A stretch of 64,000 nucleotides of DNA from Patescibacteria group bacterium. GTDB lineage: Bacteria > Acidobacteriota > Polarisedimenticolia > Gp22-AA2. The notes beneath the pieces were generated by a model, which saw nothing but the letters and a program-made list of their open reading frames with translations, searched no databases and had not been told where the DNA came from. Of the stretch, positions 48,276 to 56,800 are shown one piece after another. The stretch is from positions 28,252-92,251 of the forward strand of contig DASRAN010000075.1 in the NCBI GenBank assembly GCA_035638115.1, written 5' to 3'. A program made the translations under genes and the position numbers. How positions within the stretch are numbered: position 1 is the stretch's first letter; each line of letters opens with the position of its first letter.

Positions 48276-50150
48276 ATGAGCTACCAGGTCATCGCCCGCA
48301 AGTACCGGCCCCAGACCTTCGAGGAGGTCGTCGGCCAGAGGCCGATCGTCACCACGCTCAAGAACGCGGTCGAGCAGCGGCGCGTGCACCACGCCTACCT
48401 GTTCTCGGGACCGCGCGGCGTCGGCAAGACGACCGTGGCGCGTCTGCTGGCCAAGTCGCTGAACTGCGCGACCGGACCGACCCCCGTGCCGTGCAACGCC
48501 TGCGCCTCGTGCGCCGAGATCGCGCAGAGCCGCAGCATGGACGTGCTGGAGATCGACGGCGCCAGCAACCGTGGCATCGAGAACATCCGCGAGCTGCGGG
48601 AGACGGTGCGCTACGCGCCGGCCCGCGACCGCTACAAGGTCTTCATCATCGACGAGGTCCACATGCTCACGGACCCGGCCTGGAACGCGCTGCTCAAGAC
48701 CCTGGAGGAGCCGCCGCCCCAGGTCGTCTTCATCTTCGCCACCACCGAGTACCGCGAGATCCCGCGCACCATCCTGTCGCGCTGCCAGCATTTCGAGTTC
48801 CGCAAGGTCGCGCCGTCGGAGCTTCTGGCGCACCTGGCCAAGGTGGCCCAGGGCGAGAGCGTGACGGTGGAGCCGCAGGTCTTCGATCTGATCGCCCGGG
48901 TGGCCGACGGCTCGCTGCGCGACGCGTTGAGCGCGCTCGATCAGGTGATCGCCTTCTCCGGCAGCACGGTGACCGCGGACCAGGCGCGGACCATCCTCGG
49001 GGTGGTGGACCGCGAGCTGATCCTCGGCTTCTACCAGGCGGTGCGGGAGCGCGACTGCGCGCGCCTGATCGGCATCGTCGACACCCTGTTCGAGAAGGGG
49101 TACCAGCCGGTCGAGTTCCTGGAGGATCTGATGGCGCACGGCCGCGATCTCCTGCTGCTGCGCGCCCTGCCGGAGACCGGCCACCTCGTCGCCGGCACGG
49201 AGGACGAGCTGCGCGCGATGCGCGACCGGGCCCGTTCGTTCAGCGAGGACGAGCTGTTGCGCATCCTCGAGCTCCTGACGCGCGAGGCGCCGCGTCTGCG
49301 GGGCTCGTCGCACGCCCGCTTCCTGCTCGAGGCGCTGGCGATCAAGCTGGCGCGTCTGACCGATCTGCGCCCGATCGAGGAGCTCCTGGCGCGTCTGGAC
49401 GCGCCCGGACGCCCGGCCGACGCCGGCGCTCCACCCGCGGCGCCGCCCGCCGGCGCCAAGACCGGTCCCGCGGCAGGCGGCTTCGGGGTGTCAGGCGGCG
49501 CGGCCACAACGGCGCGCGGCGTGACGGCGGCGCCGGTCGTCGCACCTGCCGCGACCACGGTCTCCGCCGCGGCCCCGGCCTCCGCCTCGCCGGCGACGCC
49601 GGCCTTCATGCCCGAGCCCGGCAGCGCGCTGCCGACACCTCTCGCCGGAACCGACGCGCCGGTGCCGAGCGAGGCTCTCGTCGAGGCGCTGCTCCGCCGC
49701 GTCCACGACGAGCGCGCCGCGGTCGGCGCCATGCTCGAGCAGGCCGCCTGGATCCAGGTGGAGGAGGATCTCCTGCGCGTCGTGTTCGCGGAGAAGCACG
49801 GCTTCTTCCGCGACAAGGTGCAGAGCCGCGAGGTGTCCGACTACATCCGCCGCGTCGGCCGCGAGATGGCGGGCCGCGAGCTGAGGGTCCAGGTGGAATG
49901 CGGCGCCCCGGGTGTGGCCGGCCCCGCCGCGCCGGCGCTTCTGACGCCGCGGCCCGCGGCGACGGGGCCCGCGCCGTCCCTCCGGACGCCCGCGCGCGTG
50001 CCGGCGGCTGCCGGCTCCGTGCCGGTCGCCGCCGCGCTCAACGGCGATCCCGGCCGCCGCGCTCTCGTGGAGCGGGCCCTGCAGGAGCCGTCCCTGCGCT
50101 CGGTGCTCGATCTGTTCGACGGCGAGATCGTGGAGATCGAGCCGGTCTGA
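48276..50150 (+). CDS. dnaX: DNA polymerase III subunit tau (DnaX)
   Basis: Clamp-loader AAA+ motifs (GPRGVGKTT, DEVHML, SRC) and a Zn module (CNACASC). Long Ala/Pro-rich linker before the C-terminal tau domain. ATG at 48276. Confidence 0.9.
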   Translation: MSYQVIARKYRPQTFEEVVGQRPIVTTLKNAVEQRRVHHAYLFSGPRGVGKTTVARLLAKSLNCATGPTPVPCNACASCAEIAQSRSMDVLEIDGASNRGIENIRELRETVRYAPARDRYKVFIIDEVHMLTDPAWNALLKTLEEPPPQVVFIFATTEYREIPRTILSRCQHFEFRKVAPSELLAHLAKVAQGESVTVEPQVFDLIARVADGSLRDALSALDQVIAFSGSTVTADQARTILGVVDRELILGFYQAVRERDCARLIGIVDTLFEKGYQPVEFLEDLMAHGRDLLLLRALPETGHLVAGTEDELRAMRDRARSFSEDELLRILELLTREAPRLRGSSHARFLLEALAIKLARLTDLRPIEELLARLDAPGRPADAGAPPAAPPAGAKTGPAAGGFGVSGGAATTARGVTAAPVVAPAATTVSAAAPASASPATPAFMPEPGSALPTPLAGTDAPVPSEALVEALLRRVHDERAAVGAMLEQAAWIQVEEDLLRVVFAEKHGFFRDKVQSREVSDYIRRVGREMAGRELRVQVECGAPGVAGPAAPALLTPRPAATGPAPSLRTPARVPAAAGSVPVAAALNGDPGRRALVERALQEPSLRSVLDLFDGEIVEIEPV

Positions 50151-50186
50151 CGGGGCGCGGCCGGCGGCGAGGGGAGACGACGCGAC

Positions 50187-50471
50187 ATGGACATGCGGGT
50201 GCTGATGAAGCAGGCGCAGAAGATGCAGGAGAAGATGCAGCGCGAGATCGCAGAGCTTCTGGTGGAAGGCTCGGCCGGCGGCGGCATGGTCACGGTCAAG
50301 ATGACCGGCTCCCACGCCCTGACCTCCGTGCACGTCAGCCCCGAGGTCCTCGAAGGGAAGGACGCCGAGATGATCGAGGACCTGATCCTCGCCGCGGTGA
50401 ACGACGCCACCCGCCGGGTCGAGGAGGCCGTGGCCTCGAAGATGAGCGGGCTCCGGCTCCCCGGATTCTGA
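50187..50471 (+). CDS. ybaB: Nucleoid-associated protein YbaB/EbfC
   Basis: The 94-aa protein has the typical YbaB sequence and the canonical dnaX-ybaB-recR position. Confidence 0.85.
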   Translation: MDMRVLMKQAQKMQEKMQREIAELLVEGSAGGGMVTVKMTGSHALTSVHVSPEVLEGKDAEMIEDLILAAVNDATRRVEEAVASKMSGLRLPGF

Positions 50472-50475
50472 GGCG

Positions 50476-51072
50476 ATGCAGCTCGCCGCCCCCCTGGAGC
50501 GATTGATCGAGCGGCTGCGCGCCCTCCCCGGCGTCGGCCAGAAATCGGCCCAGCGTCTCGCGTTCCATATCCTCCGCAGCCCCGACACCGAGGTCCGCGC
50601 CCTGGCCGCCGCCATCATCGAGGTCAAGGAGCGGATCCGCCTGTGCGGGACCTGCTACAACATCACCGACGCCGACCCCTGTCTCGTCTGCACCGACGCG
50701 GCGCGCGATCGCGCCAGCATCTGTGTCGTCGAGGAGCCCAACAACCTGGTGGCGATCGAGAAGTCGGGCGGGTTCCGGGGCCTCTACCACGTCCTGCACG
50801 GCTCGCTCTCGCCGCTCAAGGGGATCGGCCCCGACGATCTCAAGATCCCGGCCCTTCTCGAGCGCCTGCGCGACGGCGCCGTGAAGGAGATCATCCTGGC
50901 GACCAACCCGAACGTCGAAGGGGAGGCGACGGCGGTCTATCTGTCGCGCCTGCTCAAGCCGCTCGGCCTGAAGGTGACGCGCATCGCGCTCGGCCTGCCC
51001 GTCGGAAGCGAGCTGGAGTACGCCGACGAGGTGACTGTCGGCAAGGCGCTCGAAGGACGCCGGGAGCTGTGA
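50476..51072 (+). CDS. recR: Recombination protein RecR
   Basis: HhH motif ([13 protein letters not shown]), C4 zinc finger ([16 protein letters not shown]) and Toprim domain. Confidence 0.9.
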   Translation: MQLAAPLERLIERLRALPGVGQKSAQRLAFHILRSPDTEVRALAAAIIEVKERIRLCGTCYNITDADPCLVCTDAARDRASICVVEEPNNLVAIEKSGGFRGLYHVLHGSLSPLKGIGPDDLKIPALLERLRDGAVKEIILATNPNVEGEATAVYLSRLLKPLGLKVTRIALGLPVGSELEYADEVTVGKALEGRREL

Positions 51073-51106
51073 GGAGCCCGTCCGGGACCGATCCGGGGCG
51101 GCGCTG

Positions 51107-53755
51107 ATGACCGGCGGCAAGCAGGGACTCTTCCTCCGCATCGAGTCGTTCGCGCGGCGCCGCTATGGCCTGGTGTTCGGCACGACGATCGTCCTGGTCG
51201 TGGTCTCGACCCTCCTCGGACTGCGCCTGCATCTCGACGGCGACATCCTCAACCTGGTCCCGAAGCACAACCGCGCCGTCAACACCTTCAAGGAGGCGGT
51301 GGTCGATTTCGGGAGCCTCGACTACCTGCTGCTCCTGATCGAGGCGCCGCCCCGCGCCGCCGCCGGGTCGGTGACGGCGGCAGCCGCGGGCACCGCCGGC
51401 GCGGCCGCCGACCCGGCCGCCGACCCGGCCGACGAGGGGCACGGCGTCGAGGATCTGCAGACCTACGCCGAGCTTCTGGCCGGACGCCTGCAGAAGCTGC
51501 CGTCGATCCGCTATGTCGAGTACAAGCTCGACACCTCCGGGCCGCTGTTCGACTTCCTGCGGCGCAACCAGGTGCTTTTCCTTCCGCCGTCGCGCATCGA
51601 CGACCTGGCGGCCAAATTCAGCGACACCGCCATCCGCCAGCGTCTCGAGGAGGATCTGCGCCAGCTCACGGGGCCGGCGTCGTTCCTGTCGAAGCGCATC
51701 CTCGAGCAGGATCCCCTGCAGATCAGCCCCTTGCTCTACGAGGCGGTGATCCGCAACCGCGGTCCGATCAAGATCGACACCAACGGCGGCTACTACCAGT
51801 CGCGCGACGGCACGGCGCTCCTGCTCGTCGCCAAGCCGATCAGACCAAGCCAGGATCTGAGCTTCTCGCGCTCGATGGTGAAGGAGGTGCGTGGCGCCGT
51901 CGCCGAGGCCGCGGACGATTTCCGGCGCGACGCGGGCTCCGCCGAAGCCCCCGCCGTCGAGCTGGGCGGCGGATACATCATCGGCCTCGAGGACAGCAAT
52001 CTGATCGCGCAGGACATGAAGCTGAACGGCTTCCTGTCGTTCATCGCGATCGTTCTCCTCTATTACTTCTGCTACCGGCGGGTCGCGGCGATCCTCTACT
52101 CGGCCGTTCCGCTCATGGTCGGCCAGAGCCTGACGCTGGCGGTCGCCTGGCTCTGCCTCGGGAGCCTGAACTCGGCGACCACCGGATTCACCGCCATGCT
52201 CATGGGGCTGGGAACCGACTTCACCATCGTCATGTACGCGCGCTACGTCGAGGAGCGCCAGCGCGGTCTGCCGCTCGACGAGGCGCTGCAGCGCATGATG
52301 GGGGCGTCGGCGTTCGGCGTCTTCACGGGGGCCATCACCTCGGCCGGCACCTTCTATGCCATGTGCATCACCGAGTACAAAGGCCTGCGGGATTTCGGCT
52401 TCCTGGTCGGCACCGGGATCATGCTCTGCATGGTCGCCATCCTGTTCCTGCTGCCCGCGATGATCGCGTGGAACGACGGCCGCAAGCGCAAGGGCGACGT
52501 GACCGGCCGCCTCTACCTGCACTCGTTCGGCCTGGAGCGGATCATGACGTGGAGCACGCGTCACCCGGTCCCGGTCCTGGCCGTGTCTTTGGTCGTGACG
52601 GCGGGGGCCTGCGTCGCCGCCTGGAACGTGGAGTTCAGCGACAGCGTCCAGGACCTGCGCTCCGCCAAGAACCGCGGCATCCTCCTGCAGGAGAGGATCG
52701 CGCGCGAGTTCGGCGCCTCGTTCAACCCGATGATGGTGGTGGCGCGCGGCCCCGACCAGCAGACGATGATGACGCGCAACCGCGCCGCCAACCGGATCCT
52801 CGACCAGTTCGTCGCCGACAAGACGCTCCTCGGGTACGAGTCGATCTTCTCCTACCTGCCGCCCGCCGAAGACCAGCACGCGGTGATCGCCGCGATGCGG
52901 GCGCGTGCGGGCGGCGATTTCGACGTCACACGCATCGAGCGCACCTTTCGCGCGGCGGGCGGCGCGCTCGGCTATCGCGAGGGATCCTACGACGGCTACC
53001 TGGGCGCCCTGCCGGCCACCCTGCGGCCGGAGCGCCCGGTCACCCTCGAGGACCTCGAGTCGGCCGGTCTCGATCGCTTCGTGCGGCGCTACGTGCACCA
53101 CGAGGAGGACGGCGACTGGACCTCGGTGACCTACATCTTCCCGTCCGCTCCCGACGCCAAGCGTCATGCGCCGCCGGCGCTCGTGGCGGCCCTCGATCAC
53201 CCCGACCAGGGATTCGAGATCACCGGCGCGAACATCGCCAGCGCCGAGCTGCGGCGCATCTTCAAGCGCGACGCCTGGAACGCCGTGATCCTCGGCATCC
53301 TGCTGGTCTCCGTTCTGCTGTGGCTCGACTTCCGCAGCGTCTGGCTGACCGCGCTCGCCAACCTGCAGGTCATCCTGGGCGTGATCTGGATGCTGGCGAT
53401 CATGCAGATCGCCGGCATCAAGATGAACTTCGTCAACGCCTTCGTCACCACCATGATCCTCGGAGTCGGCATCGACTACGGCATCCACATCATCCACCGC
53501 ATCTCGCAGGAGGGCCTCTCCAACCCGGCCGGCCTGCTCGAGACCGGCAAGGCGGTGATCATGGCGGCCATGACCAACGTGGCGGGCTTCGGCACCATCG
53601 GCCTGTCGAACTACCCCGGCCTGCGGTCGATGGGGATCGTCAGCGCCATCGGCTCGGTCACCTGCCTCGCGACGGCCCTGACCACGCTGCCGGCGCTGCT
53701 GATCGTGCTGCGGACGCGGGTGCGGCACTTAGGCGGCTCCCCGAGCGAATCCTAG
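51107..53755 (+). CDS. MMPL/RND superfamily transporter (two sterol-sensing-like 6-TM bundles; HpnN-like)
   Basis: 882 aa. Two repeats, each with a large periplasmic loop followed by a 5-6 TM bundle. Confidence 0.75.
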   Translation: MTGGKQGLFLRIESFARRRYGLVFGTTIVLVVVSTLLGLRLHLDGDILNLVPKHNRAVNTFKEAVVDFGSLDYLLLLIEAPPRAAAGSVTAAAAGTAGAAADPAADPADEGHGVEDLQTYAELLAGRLQKLPSIRYVEYKLDTSGPLFDFLRRNQVLFLPPSRIDDLAAKFSDTAIRQRLEEDLRQLTGPASFLSKRILEQDPLQISPLLYEAVIRNRGPIKIDTNGGYYQSRDGTALLLVAKPIRPSQDLSFSRSMVKEVRGAVAEAADDFRRDAGSAEAPAVELGGGYIIGLEDSNLIAQDMKLNGFLSFIAIVLLYYFCYRRVAAILYSAVPLMVGQSLTLAVAWLCLGSLNSATTGFTAMLMGLGTDFTIVMYARYVEERQRGLPLDEALQRMMGASAFGVFTGAITSAGTFYAMCITEYKGLRDFGFLVGTGIMLCMVAILFLLPAMIAWNDGRKRKGDVTGRLYLHSFGLERIMTWSTRHPVPVLAVSLVVTAGACVAAWNVEFSDSVQDLRSAKNRGILLQERIAREFGASFNPMMVVARGPDQQTMMTRNRAANRILDQFVADKTLLGYESIFSYLPPAEDQHAVIAAMRARAGGDFDVTRIERTFRAAGGALGYREGSYDGYLGALPATLRPERPVTLEDLESAGLDRFVRRYVHHEEDGDWTSVTYIFPSAPDAKRHAPPALVAALDHPDQGFEITGANIASAELRRIFKRDAWNAVILGILLVSVLLWLDFRSVWLTALANLQVILGVIWMLAIMQIAGIKMNFVNAFVTTMILGVGIDYGIHIIHRISQEGLSNPAGLLETGKAVIMAAMTNVAGFGTIGLSNYPGLRSMGIVSAIGSVTCLATALTTLPALLIVLRTRVRHLGGSPSES

Positions 53756-53896
53756 TCCCCCACTCATCGCTCGCCGAGGCGCACGGCGCCAGGCGCTCCA
53801 ACGTCTCGTGCTCGCTGCTGTCGAGACGCCGGAATTCGCCTGGCGCCGCTGCCAGATCGGTCTGCGTACCGGCCAAAGGCGTCGTCAGGACCTGGA

Positions 53897-56800
53897 TCAG
53901 GGCGTCGTCTTGATGATCAGTTTGTCGACGTACAAGTCGGTGGATACGCCGCCGTTGGGAACGGTATCGATGACGCGGATCCAGACCGTTCCCGACAACC
54001 CGCCCGGTCCGAACGAGAATTCGCCGATCGTCCCGTTGAGGGCGACGTTGATGAGCGCGCCGGAGATCGCGGTGAAGTTCCCCGGCTGCTCCGGCCACAC
54101 GCCGGTCTGAGGCGTCGCGTAGTAGAACTGGAAATTGTCCCCGTCGCCATTTGTCCTCCATCCTCGCAGGGCCAGCTTGTGGCCGCCGCCGATCGGCACG
54201 TCGGGGAACTTCCAGGTGTGAACGAGTGCGTCGCCCGTCTCGACGAGCTCTTCCTGCTGATAATCGTCGGCATACGTGTCGAGGTAGGAGCCCTCCTCGC
54301 GCTCACCCGTTGTCGTGAACTCGCTCTGCGCTTTCGCATCGAACAAGGCTGGGAACAGGTACATCCGGTCCATTTTCAACGTGTCGGCGACAGAGTCCGA
54401 CCCTTGGTTGCTGTCCGTGATCTTGACGCAGAACGAAACGTTCTGACCGCCCGGGGGATACCCCAATGACGCGGTCTGCAGCGTCTCGCTGAGAGAGCTC
54501 ACGGTGAAGGCCGAGGTGTACGATTCGCCAGCCGAGCCGGTGCATTTGCCCGACGAGGTCTTCGTCGCCGTGTTGAAGACGAAATTGTCACCGTTCCCGG
54601 GAACTCGGAACCCTTCGACACGGAGGTCCCACGCCACGCTTTGACTCGGACTGTAGAAGGTGAAGTACTGCTGGACCTTCTTCATAATGCCGCCCTCGAC
54701 GCTGGTTCCATACAGCTCATCGTCGTATGAGTTCGCCCGCATCGAAGCGAGACCCGTGAAGGTTCCCTGCGAAATCGACGTGTCACCCACGTCGATCGCG
54801 CAATCCATATCGACGACGCCGTCGCAGTCATTGTCGAGGTTGTCGAAGCAGCTTGCGTAGCGGGCGGTGGACTCGGTGCCGAAGATTCTCGGATCCGAAT
54901 CGTTGCAGTCCTGCGAGCACGCGTATCCGTCACCGTCGGCGTCGGGCGCCTCGTCCGCGAGTCCGTTGCAGTCGTCATCGACGCCGTTGCAGACCTCCGT
55001 GGCGCCGGGATGGATGTTTGCGTTGGAGTCGTTGCAGTCGCCTGCGCACGAGGTGTACCCATCGGAATCGCCGTCGAACCCTTCGTCGATGACCCCGTTG
55101 CAGTTGTCGTCCACGCCGTTGCACACCTCGGCGGCGCCGTGGTGGATCCAGGGGTTGAGCGGCGCGCAATCCGTGATGTCCGGATCCCCGTCGCCGTCGT
55201 CGTCCGTGTCGTAGCAGTCGGCGATCCCGTCGCCGTCGGAGTCGAACCCTTCGTCGACGCCATCGACGCAGTTGTCATCGATGTTGTTGCACACCTCCGG
55301 GCGACCGTGGAAGACGGCGGCATTCAAGGGCGCACAATCCGTCGAATTGGGATCGCCGTCGTTGTCGTCGTCCGGGTCGTCGGAGGCGAAATAACCGAGC
55401 AGGTGCCCGCAACCGTCGGCGGTCCAGATCGAACCCGTCGACCCATCCGCGGACAATCGGAAGCCGTGGGACGAGCACGCCTCGTCGATGTCCTGGAGCG
55501 TTGCACCCGAAGCGGAGTCCAGGACAAGCAGGTGGCCGTTCCACATCGAAAGGTACACGACGCCGTCCACCCAGATCGGCGGCGCCGCAGCAGGGGCAGC
55601 CAGTGTCTCTTGCCAGAGGGTGCGGCCCGTCTGGGCGTCGAGGGCGTAGCACGTGGACTTTCCCGTGGAAGAATCGGAGGTCGTAAAGTAGAGAGCGTCG
55701 CCATCGAATGCCGGCGCGCTGTCCGGGCTCACGGGCGTGGCGACTGCCCAGACGACCTGACCGGTCGCAGCGTCGACGGCGCAGAGGCCGCCCTGACCCG
55801 GCCCGCTCTCACCTTTCAGGTCCAAATAGACGATGCCGCCGGCGTACATCGAAGTGTCGTCCCAGTAACTGTGCTGGCGCTGGGTATCATCCGGGTCGGC
55901 CAATGGATCTTCGAGGTCGAACGCTGCCGTGAGGGTGCCCGTCGTGAGCGCGTATGTGTTCAGGTGCAGCTCATCGCCGATCTGCAGTGCCGCGACAAGC
56001 TTGCCGTCACCCACGACGACGCTGGAGGCGGCGAGGTTGACGACCCACACCTCACTCAGGTCGGGATTCAGAACGCCAAACCCGCCGCTGTCGGTCCGGA
56101 CGATGAGCTTGCCGTCGGAGGCCGACATGTCCGCGACGCCGCTCCAGAGTCGGAAGGAGGTCGGCTCCAGGGAATCCGCGACCGAGCCTGCCGCGTCGCT
56201 TCCCTCCGCCGTGAGCCTCACGGACACGATCCCGTAGCTCGTATTGTCGAAGGACACGTATGCGTACAGACGATTCCCCAGAATCGCAGGCATGCCGGTT
56301 CCGAGATTGAGGCCCACCTGAGTCTCCCAGAGAATGTCTCCGGTGAACTCGTCCCGCGCGCGGAGGTAGCCGTTCGATTCTGCCGAGTACACCACACCGT
56401 CGGAGACGACAGCTCCCCAGGTGGTCGATGGTGGCGTACACGAGGTCGTCGCCGGTGTTTCGCTCAGCGGCGGAATGAAGAATGCACCGGACGCACCCTG
56501 GCGCGACGCATTCCCCTGGTAGGTGGGCCACTCCAGCTGGAAGTCCGGCGCGGCAGCTGTGGTGAACTGATAGAAGGCTCCGCCCTGGTTGTCCGAGGTC
56601 ATGTGACCCAGCAGATCGGTCGACTGCACGGAGAAGAGATACGTCACGCCCGGCGAAAGGCCGGACAGATCGACACCGTGCACCGTGATCCCGGGCAGCC
56701 CTGTCGCCGAGCCGGTGAGCGGCGGATAGACACCGTAGAAAACAGCCCCGTCAGCCGCCTCGTCCGTCGTCCAGGTGATACGGGCGCGGTGTGATCCGAT

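Noticed and set aside
48276-50150. Programmed -1 frameshift or transcriptional-slippage site in dnaX generating a gamma subunit.
   Set aside because: No A AAA AAG heptamer or long A-run is visible in this GC-rich gene. It probably produces tau only.
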